Below are positions 38,583 through 51,211 of a DNA stretch of 64,000 nucleotides, one piece after another (position 1 is the first letter of the stretch; each line of letters opens with the position of its first letter). Source of the stretch: Parcubacteria group bacterium (lineage in GTDB: Bacteria; Patescibacteriota; Patescibacteriia; UBA2169); assembly GCA_016181765.1 (NCBI GenBank), contig JACOYR010000004.1, positions 201,853-265,852 of the forward strand, given 5' to 3'. The notes beneath the pieces were generated by a model. That model was not told the DNA's origin. It ran no database searches and saw only the letters and a program-made list of their open reading frames with translations. Made by a program: the position numbers and the translations under genes.

Positions 38583-39608
38583 TTAAAACTGCTCAATAAA
38601 CCGCAAATCCCCGCCGTATGAGAGGCGGATGTCATCAACCCCGTAATACAGCATCATCAAGCGGTCAATGCCCAGGCCGAACGCAAAGCCGGACCACTGT
38701 GCGGGGTCAACCCCCATATTAGCCAATACATTCGGGTGCACCATGCCCGAGCCGAGCGTCTCTATCCAGCCTGACTGCTTGCAGAACGAACAGCCCTTTC
38801 CCCTGCACAGTAAACAGCTCATATCAATGTCCATGGACGGCTCCGTAAACGGGTAAAAGTGCGGGCGCACACGGATTTTGACCGCATCTCCGTACAAGCG
38901 TTTGAGGAAGAGTTCCAGGGTTCCCATGAGGTCGGTCACGCTGATGGCGCGGTCAATCACCAGGCCCTCCACTTGGTAGAACGTGGTTTCGTGCCCCGCA
39001 TCCGTTCGCTCGTTGCGGAACACGCGCCCCGGAACCAGTAATCGCACCGGCGGCTTACGCGTCTTCATGGCGCGGATTTGCACGGGAGACGTGTGTGTGC
39101 GCAGCACTAAGGGGCGGCCGCGCTTGTCAGCCTTGCCAACGTAAAACGTGTCCTGGATGTCGCGCGAGGGGTGGTCGCGCGGCACGTTCAGCAAATCAAA
39201 ATTATACTCCTGGGTCTCCATCTCCGGGCCCTCCACCACCTCATACCCCATCGGAACGAAAATAGCTTCTATCTTTTCCAAAAAAAGGGTGATGGGGTGC
39301 ACATGCCCGACTGCGGGCGCAATTCCCGGAAGCGTGTGGTCAAACTTACGTGACGTTGATGTGCCTGCTGGCGAAACAGATTTCTTTTTTTGGATGATGT
39401 CCAAAATGTCTTTTTTGACGTCATTGATGAGCTTCCCGACTGCCGGGCGTTCCGCGTCAGCCAAAGATTTCATTTCCTTGGAGATGCGCGCGAGCTCTGC
39501 TTTGCGCCCCAAAAACTGCGTGTACAGCTTTTCAATGGCTGCCGCGTCAGTTGCTTTCTCAAACGCAGCCATTGCGTCCTTCCGCAGTTGTTCCAGGCGC
39601 TTCTTCAT
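38583..39608 (-). CDS. pheS: Phenylalanyl-tRNA synthetase alpha subunit
   Basis: LRTHTSPVQIR, YPFTEPS, GFAFGLGIDR. Confidence 0.97.
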   Translation of the reverse strand: MKKRLEQLRKDAMAAFEKATDAAAIEKLYTQFLGRKAELARISKEMKSLADAERPAVGKLINDVKKDILDIIQKKKSVSPAGTSTSRKFDHTLPGIAPAVGHVHPITLFLEKIEAIFVPMGYEVVEGPEMETQEYNFDLLNVPRDHPSRDIQDTFYVGKADKRGRPLVLRTHTSPVQIRAMKTRKPPVRLLVPGRVFRNERTDAGHETTFYQVEGLVIDRAISVTDLMGTLELFLKRLYGDAVKIRVRPHFYPFTEPSMDIDMSCLLCRGKGCSFCKQSGWIETLGSGMVHPNVLANMGVDPAQWSGFAFGLGIDRLMMLYYGVDDIRLSYGGDLRFIEQF

Positions 39609-39979
39609 AGCCCCTGCGCCTCCTCCTTGCCGATGAAGAACACCTCAATCAGCACCACCGCAATAATGAGGATCCCTGCGTTCCACCAGGTGAGCAGTTC
39701 AAAGCGCGAGAGATACAAAGCCAGCACCACCACGATTGACAAAAATGACGCTTGGCGCAGGCTTACGGCGACTGGCCGATCTTTCTTGCGCAAGCGGCGT
39801 GTTGCGAGCATGAGCGTGCCGAGCAAGCCCCATAAAAACAAAAACAGAGATGCGGTCACAAACACAAACCCGGTCCACGCCGCTGACCTCGGATCAACAT
39901 TGGTGAGGCCGAAAAACAAGAGCCCCGCAAAAACGAGGGTCGTAACCAACATGCCGATGATGGCGTTTTTGTGTTCCAT
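39605..39979 (-). CDS. Four-TM membrane protein
   Basis: Hydrophobic 124-aa ORF overlapping the pheS start. Confidence 0.75.
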   Translation of the reverse strand: MEHKNAIIGMLVTTLVFAGLLFFGLTNVDPRSAAWTGFVFVTASLFLFLWGLLGTLMLATRRLRKKDRPVAVSLRQASFLSIVVVLALYLSRFELLTWWNAGILIIAVVLIEVFFIGKEEAQGL

Positions 39980-40028
39980 ACAGCCTGTATTGTAATAGAA
40001 ACACGCCCTTTTGACAATACGGGGCGCC

Positions 40029-43000
40029 CTAGATGATGCCCGCCTCCCCCAAATCACGGAGGTACTCCACGTCTTCGGACGGGAAAAACCGGTCCTCGGA
40101 AGGGCTAAAGTCGCTCTCATGGATGCGCTTGATCACGCCTAATATCCAGTCTTTCACTTCCTGCTTGTCTTTGTCCGTCCCGATGAATGGCACGAGATTT
40201 TCTCCAGACTTAATGTTCTCGGCATCAATATAGTGGTACGCCAGCTCGCCAATTTTTTCCCTGAACACCTCTTCCGCCGCAATCTGGTAGATGAGGAGCT
40301 GGAACTTGTCCTCTTTGGAGAGCGCTTTTTTGGGCGTGCCGGTCTTGTAGTCAACGATCCTAATGGAGCCGTCAGCCAGCTGGTCGCAGCGGTCCATCCT
40401 GCCCACAATGGTATACTCCCCGACTTTGATGCTGAATCCGCGCTCAAGCGCTTTTACCTGCGGGACAACGCCGGATTGAGAGAGGTGTTCGTAAAAATCC
40501 TTGAGCCGGCTTGCGCCTTGCTTGCGGTATTTTTCTTTCTGCTCCGCGTCCTCGTACCAGTCATCAATCCAGCTCTTTTCATAGATGTCCAACAGCTCAT
40601 CAAGCGCCACGCTTAATCCGTTTTTTGGCGATTCAGTGCGGTTGCCGAACAAATCAGTCTGCCCTGCCCGCTGCTTCTGCGAAACCAGCTGGAAAAACTG
40701 CTGCAAGGCGGCGTGCATGGTGGAGCCGTAGCTGAACACGTACTTCCCTTTCATAGGCACCTTGTAGATGAACTGCAGTTTGTACTCAAACGGGTCAGCG
40801 TCAAAAATTTTAAGCTGGGTGAACGAAAAGCGCGTGGGAATCGGGAGCTTGAACGGCGCTGTCGGGCCGCGGCGGGCGCGGGGCAAAAAGCTCGTGTGGT
40901 CTCCGGCCAGGGCCTTAACGCTCGGCGCAAACGGCTTGTGCGCTTCTCCAAGTTCAACCAAAAAACGCGATAATTTTTTCTTCTGCGTTCCGCCGTAGCT
41001 CTCGGCAGAGGTAAAAAAGAGCCCACTCTTCGCGCGCGTCATGGCCACGTAAAACAACCGTCGCTCTTCCTCCAGGTGGTGGTCCCCCTCGGGAATCACT
41101 TCTTTGATGAGCGCATCCGGAATCTCAATAGCCTCGCGGCGTTCAATGGTCGGAAACCTCCGGTCCACCAGGTTGGTGACGAATACATATTTGAATTCCA
41201 AGCCTTTGGCGCTGTGTATGGTCATGACCCGCACCATTTCCGGCCCGCTTTCCGCATCCGGCGGCAGGGACCCGGAATCCCCGGAATCGCGTTCCTGTTT
41301 GATGATGCTGACGATATCTTTGACGCGGCCGTCCCCGATCGCGGCCTCAATTTCCTTGAGATGCTCCCAAAAGTAGCGCAAGTACCGGTATTCGCGCATT
41401 GAATCCGCATCCGGCATAGCGTTCAGATAATCAAAGTACCCCTCATCCTGCATCCAATCAAATAATAGTGAGGTTGGCTTTTGGGTCTTGGCTGCATCCC
41501 CGTACTTTTCAATCCAGGACCGCACGCGTTGCATCTCAAGCAGCGCGTCACTGTCCGAAATACCGGCCCGCTGGGGCGCGCGCAAAAGCTCGTACAAGGC
41601 AACATTCTTTTTTGATGCGTAGTGCGTAAGCTTGATGATATCCTCAATCGGGATAGTTAAAAACAGAAGATTCAGCAAGCGGAATATGGCGCGCGACTCG
41701 TGGTAATCGTCCAACACGTCAAAAAACGCGAGAATGTTCGCCACAATGGTGGTTTTGTACAGCCCGGATGCCGCATAATTTTGGTGCGGGATGTTGATTG
41801 ATGCGAGCGCATCTTCAAAAATCGCGGCTTGACTGTTTGCGCGGACCAAAACCGCAAAATCGTTCCAGGTAGCATCCTTGTCCCGCTTTTTTAATTCGGC
41901 GATTGTTTCCGCCACAACGCGCGCCTCGTCCGGCGCTGACGCGCAGTGCAAGTGCTCAACTTTCGCAATTTCCTTGGTCTGTGATACAAGCTTTTTATTT
42001 AGATCAAACTGCTTGGCAGCCTCCAGGCGGTTCGGGTTGTTGAGCTGGATAAAGTCGTACGCCGCGTCCAGAATGGCCTGGCCGCTGCGGTAATTTTTTA
42101 CGAGCGCCACCGTGGCCACATCCTTATAGTCTTTTGAAAATTGAATGACATTGGACATGCTTGCCCCGCGGAACCGGTAAATGGACTGGTCATCATCCGC
42201 CACCACCGTAAGATTGTCCTGGGGCTTGGCCAGCATTTTCACCAATTCATACTGCGCCCAGTTCGTGTCCTGGAACTCGTCAACCAGCACGTGCTTGAAC
42301 TGCTCCTGGTACTTTTTGAGCACGCCCGGGCGCTCGCGGAACAGCTTCAAGGTATAGTTGATGAGATCCCCGAAATCCATCTTGTTATTATCCAGCAAGA
42401 GCTGCTGGTAGGCGTGATACGCATTCGCCATTTCCACGACGCGACACGCCTCCTCCGAATCCCTCTTCTCTGTCTTTGAACTTTGAGCTTTGAACTTTGA
42501 ACTTTTGCCGCCGCTCGCCTCCATGTCATCAGATGATGCCCGCAAAGATTCCGCATATTCTAAATACGCCTCCGGCGTTATCTCTTCATCTTTCAAACGC
42601 GAAAAGTGCGAGAGCATGGAGCGGATGAACTTGGTGGGATTGTTCGTGGGCTGGTAGTAGTCCAAATTAAATTTCTGCAAGTGCGCGCGCACCAAGAGCC
42701 ACTGGCCCGTGCCATCCAAGAGCTCAACATCCCCGGGCAAGCCAATGTCCAGGGCATGGCTGTCCAAAATACGCTGGCAGAACGTGTGGAACGTGGACAC
42801 CCACAAATCCACGTACCCGTACGGCAGAAGCTTATCGCAGCGCTCAATCATTTCATCAGCCGCCTTGTTGGTGAAGGTCAAGGCCAATATCTCGTCCGGC
42901 TTGATGCCTTGCTCCATAATCAACCAGGCAATCCTACGGGTGATAACCGTGGTTTTGCCGGTGCCGGCTCCGGCCACAATCAAAAGTGGCTTGCCTTTGT

Positions 43001-43091
43001 GCTCAACCGCCTTTTTCTGTTCCGGATTGAGCCCTTCTAATATCTCCCCTACTCGCTGAGGAGGGGGCGAGGAGGTGATTTCTGTTTCCAT
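40029..43091 (-). CDS. UvrD/PcrA-like helicase fused to PD-(D/E)XK nuclease
   Basis: AGAGTGKT, VDEFQD, TIHSAKGLEF, EERRLFYVAMTRA; RMDR..IVDYKTG. Confidence 0.93.
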   Translation of the reverse strand: METEITSSPPPQRVGEILEGLNPEQKKAVEHKGKPLLIVAGAGTGKTTVITRRIAWLIMEQGIKPDEILALTFTNKAADEMIERCDKLLPYGYVDLWVSTFHTFCQRILDSHALDIGLPGDVELLDGTGQWLLVRAHLQKFNLDYYQPTNNPTKFIRSMLSHFSRLKDEEITPEAYLEYAESLRASSDDMEASGGKSSKFKAQSSKTEKRDSEEACRVVEMANAYHAYQQLLLDNNKMDFGDLINYTLKLFRERPGVLKKYQEQFKHVLVDEFQDTNWAQYELVKMLAKPQDNLTVVADDDQSIYRFRGASMSNVIQFSKDYKDVATVALVKNYRSGQAILDAAYDFIQLNNPNRLEAAKQFDLNKKLVSQTKEIAKVEHLHCASAPDEARVVAETIAELKKRDKDATWNDFAVLVRANSQAAIFEDALASINIPHQNYAASGLYKTTIVANILAFFDVLDDYHESRAIFRLLNLLFLTIPIEDIIKLTHYASKKNVALYELLRAPQRAGISDSDALLEMQRVRSWIEKYGDAAKTQKPTSLLFDWMQDEGYFDYLNAMPDADSMREYRYLRYFWEHLKEIEAAIGDGRVKDIVSIIKQERDSGDSGSLPPDAESGPEMVRVMTIHSAKGLEFKYVFVTNLVDRRFPTIERREAIEIPDALIKEVIPEGDHHLEEERRLFYVAMTRAKSGLFFTSAESYGGTQKKKLSRFLVELGEAHKPFAPSVKALAGDHTSFLPRARRGPTAPFKLPIPTRFSFTQLKIFDADPFEYKLQFIYKVPMKGKYVFSYGSTMHAALQQFFQLVSQKQRAGQTDLFGNRTESPKNGLSVALDELLDIYEKSWIDDWYEDAEQKEKYRKQGASRLKDFYEHLSQSGVVPQVKALERGFSIKVGEYTIVGRMDRCDQLADGSIRIVDYKTGTPKKALSKEDKFQLLIYQIAAEEVFREKIGELAYHYIDAENIKSGENLVPFIGTDKDKQEVKDWILGVIKRIHESDFSPSEDRFFPSEDVEYLRDLGEAGII
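43041..43080. repeat. In-frame palindromic element at the helicase N-terminus
   Basis: ctcccctactcgctgaggagggggcgaggaggtgatt; encodes TSSPPPQRVGEI. Confidence 0.65.
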
Positions 43092-43184
43092 AGCTCTATT
43101 GTATCACAACCTTGCGAATTTACAGCCATATTAGCGAAAAATCATTATTTTAGGCTAATTAAAGCCCTATTTTACTACCGGTAT

Positions 43185-43213
43185 TTGACTATTTTCTATG
43201 GGTATGGTATAAT
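43185..43213 (+). promoter_or_regulatory. Sigma70 promoter
   Basis: TTGACT-17bp-TATAAT with TG extension. Confidence 0.7.
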
Positions 43214-43302
43214 TATATAGTGAATTGAGGGCTTGAGAGAACAAATAGAGATTCTTGTTCCATATTCCGCCAGAAAGGCGGACACATTTGGGGAGGTGTG
43301 AT

Positions 43303-43638
43303 ATGCAACGTCTTGCAGGAGCGGTGTTGCTCGCCATCGTGGCGGGCGTTGTGATGTACAGCATGCACGTGGACCGCCAGTACGAGGTCATGGCGGCCCG
43401 CGCGGCGTGGGAGGAAGCCGCGACACTCAACCGGCCGAGCGCCACAGCGCAAACCCTCCTGTGCCGCATAGAGCGGCACAAGGACACCATCATCGCGGAT
43501 GGCATTGCGTCCGCAGACTCGTTTCAGGCCGTCCAGAGCCGCCTGGATATGCTGTGGGAGGCCTACTGCTGGCTGGAAGACGAGCGGCTCGCGGCATCGC
43601 CAGCCGCAGGGGGCGAGGTCACGCTCGGCAACGAGTAA
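43303..43638 (+). CDS. Orphan membrane-anchored or secreted protein
   Basis: GGGAGGTG SD, N-terminal hydrophobic helix, terminator at 43683-43722. Confidence 0.65.
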   Translation: MQRLAGAVLLAIVAGVVMYSMHVDRQYEVMAARAAWEEAATLNRPSATAQTLLCRIERHKDTIIADGIASADSFQAVQSRLDMLWEAYCWLEDERLAASPAAGGEVTLGNE

Positions 43639-43885
43639 CACCGCGGGCGCCGCGCCAACACTGGACTGACCCCCCTCCCCCGAAGCCCGACTGGACTCAC
43701 GTCCGCCGGGCTTCTTTATTTTTGTGTGAATGGCCCTATTGCTTAATCTTCCTTATAAACTCCTCGGGCGCAACAACAGTTGTAGGGCTCTCACTCGCGC
43801 TTGCAACAAGGTAGGGTGTATTGTTGTATTCTTCGTACATTATTGCTATAATGCAATTATTGATAACTCCTTACCTTTCAAACCT

Positions 43886-44167
43886 ATGAATAACGATGAA
43901 GAACTAATTAAAAAAGCCGATATTCAGAGGATAGCAGAAGAAGGGGCGAAGATTTACGACCAGATTAAGGTCAATTATGACCCCAAAGAAAGGGGCAAGT
44001 TTTTGGCTATTGATATTGATAGCAAAAAGGCATATCTCGGCAACACAAGTGCTGAAGCGTTGGAGCTGGCAAGACAAAATCATCCCAATAAGGTCTTTTA
44101 TGTTGTGAAGATAGGATTTGATGTTGCCGAAACAATGGCGAAAACATTTACTGACAGCTTTAAGTAA
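43886..44167 (+). CDS. Small DUF5678-like protein
   Basis: GKFLAIDIDSK..LG..EAL..AR..HP..FYVVKIG pattern. Confidence 0.7.
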   Translation: MNNDEELIKKADIQRIAEEGAKIYDQIKVNYDPKERGKFLAIDIDSKKAYLGNTSAEALELARQNHPNKVFYVVKIGFDVAETMAKTFTDSFK

Positions 44168-44175
44168 TTTGTAAA

Positions 44176-44544
44176 ATGATTAGCGGCGTATTTGTAGAAA
44201 ACATACCCTTAATAAAAGTTGTAGTGGCTTGGGGGCAATCAGTGCAAGCCCCTTTTGTTATTTTGGACACTGGTTTTACTGGTGATTTTCAAGTAACACC
44301 CAAGATAGCAGGAGAACTCGGTCTCCAAGTTGCTGGTGTTACAAAAACACAAATTGCCAATGGCGATGTTATTGAAGTTCCCGTAGCTCTCGCAGTTGCG
44401 GCGATGGAAGGGGCGGTAAATTACATTCAAGTTTTAATATCTGAAAGTATGCCGTTAGCTGGTATCAGCTTTTTGTCTAAATTTGGCTATAAGGCAAGTA
44501 TAGATTGTAAATACAGAACTGTGGCATTGGAGAGAATGATATAG
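44176..44544 (+). CDS. Clan AA (retropepsin-like) aspartic protease
   Basis: ILDTGFTG motif, ANG flap, PLAGISFL. Confidence 0.85.
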   Translation: MISGVFVENIPLIKVVVAWGQSVQAPFVILDTGFTGDFQVTPKIAGELGLQVAGVTKTQIANGDVIEVPVALAVAAMEGAVNYIQVLISESMPLAGISFLSKFGYKASIDCKYRTVALERMI

Positions 44545-44646
44545 TGACTAGTGCGGTGGGTTTAAGTTGCCGAGGACGTGATGCAAAAATCCATGCACCG
44601 GAACACTAATCATGAGCAGTGGCGGTTCCCCATAACTAGAGAGCGC

Positions 44647-45075
44647 CTACGGCTTCGGCAGCTTGCGGTACTTGTTAGCCACGCGCACGCGGGCAAATTC
44701 CTTTTCCAGCTTTGCTTGCAAGGCCGCGTAATCAACGTCTTCGTGGTGGCGCGCCTCGGACATCAGTTTCTCGGCGCGCTCATGCGCTTCCTTGGCGCGC
44801 GCCACGTCAATTTCTTCGGCGCGCTCGGCCGTGTCCGCCAGCACCACCAAAGAATTGTCCGGCCGCACCTCGCAAAATCCGCCGGAGACGGCCAGGGCGT
44901 ATTCTTCCTCCCCTTTCTTGCAGCGCAATTCACCGCTTTGCAAAACCGTAACCAACGGTATATGCCCGGGTAAAACAGTAATTTCGCCGGACGTGGTCAT
45001 CATGGTAACTTGGTCAATCTGGTCTTCAAAAACCACGCGCTCCGGAGTGATAATTTTGAAGTTAATCGTGCCCAT
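44647..45075 (-). CDS. atpC: ATP synthase epsilon subunit
   Basis: ITPER, VLPGHIPL, SGGFCEV. Confidence 0.95.
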   Translation of the reverse strand: MGTINFKIITPERVVFEDQIDQVTMMTTSGEITVLPGHIPLVTVLQSGELRCKKGEEEYALAVSGGFCEVRPDNSLVVLADTAERAEEIDVARAKEAHERAEKLMSEARHHEDVDYAALQAKLEKEFARVRVANKYRKLPKP

Positions 45076-45077
45076 GG

Positions 45078-47324
<2,247 letters not shown>

Positions 47325-47335
<11 letters not shown>

Positions 47336-48812
47336 AGTCCTCGCACGCAGTCTTTAATTCGCCTTCTATGGAATCGTCCCACTCGCCTTTCCCAATCTTA
47401 TCAAGCAAATGCTTATGGGTTTTATTCATGTGGCTGTGAAACTTTTCTTCCCAAACGCGGATATCCGGCACCCCTACGTTATTGGCAAAGCCGTTGGAGA
47501 TGGCGTAAATCACGGCCACTTGGTTGGCCGCGGGCAGGGGCGCAAACTGCGGCTGTTTTAGAATTTCAACCAGGCGCTGACCCAAATCAATCTGCTTTTT
47601 GGTTTCCGGATCCAAATCGCTTGAGAACTGGGCAAAGGCTTCCAGCTCGCGGAACTGGGCCATGGCAAGCTTCATCTTGCCGGCCACTTTCTTCATGGGT
47701 TTAATCTGCGCGGCCGCGCCCACGCGGGACACGGAAATGCCGATATTAAGAGCCGGTCGGATGCCGCGGTAGAACAAATCGGTTTCCAGGAAAATCTGGC
47801 CGTCCGTAATGGAAATGACGTTGGTCGGGATGTAGGCGGTCACGTCCCCGGCTTGGGTTTCAATAATCGGCAAAGCCGTGATGGAGCCGCCGCCCGACTC
47901 CTTATTACGACGACAAGCCCGCTCCAGCAGGCGGGAATGTAAATAAAATACATCCCCCGGATAAGCCTCGCGGCCCGGCGGGCGGCGCAGCAAGAGCGAA
48001 ATTTCGCGATAGGCCCAGGCCTGCTTGGATAAATCGTCGTAAATCACCAGCACGTCTTTCCCTTGATCCATAAAATATTCGGCCATAGCCACGCCCGCGT
48101 ACGGCGCAATATAGAGGAGCGAGGCCGGATCCGAAGCGCCGGCCGAAACCACAATCGTATAATCCATGGCCCCGGTTTCTTTAAGTTTCGCCACCAAGCG
48201 CGCCACCTTGGATTCTTTCTGCCCGATGGCCACGTACACGCACACCATGTCCTGGCCTTTTTGGTTGATGATCGTGTCAATCGCCACCGCGGTTTTGCCG
48301 GTCTGCCTGTCGCCGATGATGAGCTCGCGCTGGCCGCGGCCGATCGGAATCATGGCGTCAATGGCCTTGATGCCGGTCTGAACCGGTTGCGACACGCCCT
48401 GGCGGGTCGCAACTCCGGGCGCGATCCGTTCAATAGGATAGAATTTTTTTGATTTGATGGGAGATCCCCCGTCAATGGGCGCGCCCAGGGGATTGACGAC
48501 GCGGCCGATCAGCTCTTCGCCCACGGGCACGGACAAGATGCGGCCCGTGCGCTTAACCGTATCCCCTTCTTTAATATGGGCATATTCGCCCAAGAGCACG
48601 GCGCCGATGGTTTCTTCTTCCAGGTTCAGAGCCACGCCAAAGGTAGCGCCGGGAAACTCCAACATTTCATTAAACTGGCAGCGCGTTAAGCCTGACAAGC
48701 GGGCAATGCCGTCCCCGACTTCAATCACCGCGCCCACCTCCTCAACGTGGACCGCGCTCTCAAAGCCCTCTATCTGTTTTTTTAGTTGTTCAACAATGGC
48801 ATTGATTGACAT
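47325..48812 (-). CDS. atpA: ATP synthase alpha subunit
   Basis: [21 protein letters not shown]. Confidence 0.98.
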
Positions 48813-48816
48813 AGGT

Positions 48817-49206
48817 TTAAGAAGCTAGCTTCATCGTTAAGTTGCGTAATTGGGTGGCCGCACTGGCGTCAAAAATGGTATCCCGGCTCCGCACCACCAC
48901 ACCGCCCAGGAGGCGCGCGTTGCGCGTGGTTGTGGCCTCCGCTTTTTCGCCGAAAATTTTTTTTATGCGGCCCACTGTTGCCCCATCCAGCAGAAAGGCG
49001 CTCTCTATGTGAATCTCCGCAATCCCTTCTTGGGCCTTGGCGTAATGGATGAATGCGCCGATGATCCTGTCCGCGCGCCGGAGCGCGCGCTCGCGCGCCA
49101 GGAGCGCCGCAAAATGCCGAATGGCTTTTTCCAAGGCCGCGCCGCGCTTATTGGCCGTGATTTCGTACAGGGCGCGCGCATAGGTTTGGGGAGTTCTGGT
49201 ATCCAT
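48817..49206 (-). CDS. atpH: ATP synthase delta subunit (short)
   Basis: YARALY, LLGGVVV..DAS; operon position. Confidence 0.85.
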   Translation of the reverse strand: MDTRTPQTYARALYEITANKRGAALEKAIRHFAALLARERALRRADRIIGAFIHYAKAQEGIAEIHIESAFLLDGATVGRIKKIFGEKAEATTTRNARLLGGVVVRSRDTIFDASAATQLRNLTMKLAS

Positions 49207-49207
49207 A

Positions 49208-49705
49208 CTACGCTTTGAGCTTGCTGATGATGCCCGCGATCAGCTTCTTGTCTTTTTCTGCGGTCATCTTTTCGCCAATGAGCTTCTCTAAAGCCGCGCC
49301 CACCACCCCTGCCGCCTCTTCCTTGAAAGCCGCCATCATCTCTTCTTTTTCCGCCTGGACCGTGCGCTTGGCTTGCGCAACCAGGCGCTCTATCTCCACG
49401 CGCGCCTTGGCTTTCAGCTCCTCGGATACTGCCCCGGCCTCGTTCGCCGCAGCAATCAGCACTTTTTCCGCTTCCACTCTGGCCGCGTGCATGCGTTTTT
49501 TGTAGTCAGCCTCGGACGCGGCCAGGCGGCCCTGGATCTTCTCGGCGTTGTCCAGGCTCTGGTCAATGACGTTTTTCCGTTCCTCAAGTTTTTTTGCGAG
49601 CGGCTTTAAAATCAGCCACCACAGTATGGCCGCCACCAAAACGAAGTTCCCAAGCTGGAATAAAAACAGGCGCACATCAAGCCCGAACGAGGCTAAAATA
49701 TCCAT
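49208..49705 (-). CDS. atpF: ATP synthase b subunit
   Basis: TM helix, KPL..LEER, coiled coil. Confidence 0.93.
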   Translation of the reverse strand: MDILASFGLDVRLFLFQLGNFVLVAAILWWLILKPLAKKLEERKNVIDQSLDNAEKIQGRLAASEADYKKRMHAARVEAEKVLIAAANEAGAVSEELKAKARVEIERLVAQAKRTVQAEKEEMMAAFKEEAAGVVGAALEKLIGEKMTAEKDKKLIAGIISKLKA

Positions 49706-49755
49706 AAAAAAATAATCTTATTCGGGCTGTCCAGCAAGTGAACGGCCCAATAAAA

Positions 49756-49977
49756 CTACTTCAAAGTGAACACCACCACCAACGCGTAAATGGCGATGGA
49801 CTCGGCAAACGCCGCGCCCAAGAGCATGGGCACAAACACCTTGCCCGATGCCTCGGGGTTGCGGCCGATTGACTCCAGGGCTTTGGCCACCAGGCGGCCG
49901 ATGGCGAGCGCGGGCCCCAGGCCGCCGATCGCTATGGCAAAGGCCTTGGCCAGGACCACGACTGATTCATGTTCCAT
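49756..49977 (-). CDS. atpE: ATP synthase c subunit
   Basis: GRNPEA loop and AESIAIY. Confidence 0.96.
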   Translation of the reverse strand: MEHESVVVLAKAFAIAIGGLGPALAIGRLVAKALESIGRNPEASGKVFVPMLLGAAFAESIAIYALVVVFTLK

Positions 49978-50058
49978 ATCATTTCCTTTCTTACGGGCGC
50001 GTCCGGCCGAGGGGAAGTATGTTTAACCTCGCCGCGGCGCCCACTCTGATAAGTAATG

Positions 50059-50841
50059 CTAATGCGCCTCTTCGTGGACCGGCGCGGTGGTTGCAACCGT
50101 CAGGTACATCAACGCGAGCATCGCGAATACTCCGGCCTGGACCACGCCCACCAAAAGCTCCAGCAGCATAAACGGCGCCGGCACCGCCACACCAACCAAA
50201 CTCGCCATCACCGAGAGCAGCACCTCGCCCGCGAACACGTTGCCAAAGAGCCGCAAGGACAAGGAGAGCACCTTGGCAAGCTCGCTCACTATCTCAATCA
50301 GGCCCACGCCCAGCTCAATGATGGCCGTAAAAATAGCCACCGGCCCTTTTCTTAAGCTCTTGATGAAGCTGCCGATTTGGATAAATTTGTTCAGATGGGT
50401 GAACACGCCAACTGTGATGAATCCGTACGCGTGCGACAGCGCCACCGCCGAAATGGCCATGGCAGCCGTTAAATTCAAGTCCGTATTGGCCGGGCGCAGG
50501 ACAAACTCGTGGTTCCAGGTTAAGCTGCCGGTGCCGGGCAAAAGGCCGAGCCAATTGGAGAGCAGGATGAAAAAAAACACGCTGCCCGCGATAGGCAAGA
50601 AGGTGAGCGTTTTCTTCCGGTCGCCCGTCACCTGGTCAAAATACCCAAGCATGGTCTCCAAAAAAAACTCCAGGGCGTTCTGCAATCCAGCCGGCCGCAG
50701 GGAGAGGCGCACGCGGACCGCGATGCCGAGCGCCAAAAAAATCACGATCGCGAGCCACGCGTTGATGATGGTGTTGGTAATGCCAAAACTGCCGAGGTGG
50801 AAAACAACATCAGGAGCCAATGTGGGGATATGGAATTCCAT
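50059..50841 (-). CDS. atpB: ATP synthase a subunit
   Basis: SLSLRLFGNVFAGE, VQAGVF. Confidence 0.96.
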   Translation of the reverse strand: MEFHIPTLAPDVVFHLGSFGITNTIINAWLAIVIFLALGIAVRVRLSLRPAGLQNALEFFLETMLGYFDQVTGDRKKTLTFLPIAGSVFFFILLSNWLGLLPGTGSLTWNHEFVLRPANTDLNLTAAMAISAVALSHAYGFITVGVFTHLNKFIQIGSFIKSLRKGPVAIFTAIIELGVGLIEIVSELAKVLSLSLRLFGNVFAGEVLLSVMASLVGVAVPAPFMLLELLVGVVQAGVFAMLALMYLTVATTAPVHEEAH

Positions 50842-50847
50842 GGGTAA

Positions 50848-51111
50848 TTACTTGCTCGTGCCTAACTTCTGGTACTCCGCGCCGTAGCGCTTGGCTTTGC
50901 GGTAGATAACCGTGCCGGACAAGAAAGCCGCCAGGATGAAAGCCAGAACCGTAAAAAGCCAGCCCCCCTGGTACCGCTCATCAAGCCATCTGCCTGCGAG
51001 CACGAACAGGACCACGGGCACGGCAATGGCGGCGCCAAAATCGCCTATGATGCGGAACGCGAGCAGGTGGTAGCTCCGGTCGGGCGATGAAGAGAGTTTC
51101 GGCTCGTTCAT
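50848..51111 (-). CDS. AtpZ/AtpI family protein
   Basis: Two TM helices with GRWLDERY; first gene of the atp operon. Confidence 0.8.
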   Translation of the reverse strand: MNEPKLSSSPDRSYHLLAFRIIGDFGAAIAVPVVLFVLAGRWLDERYQGGWLFTVLAFILAAFLSGTVIYRKAKRYGAEYQKLGTSK

Positions 51112-51211
51112 AACTAAAAAAAGTAGGTAACTGTGTACGGTGCCCTAACCACATTAAGAACCCTTTCCGCGGCTGTGTCAATGCTCCTTAGCCCTTGATT
51201 TTTTTCCGAAA

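Noticed and set aside
49756-49977. Possible Na+-coupled ATP synthase (ES..IY motif)
   Set aside because: The helix-1 ligand position is Ile (PALAI) rather than Gln/Glu, so the Na+ signature is incomplete
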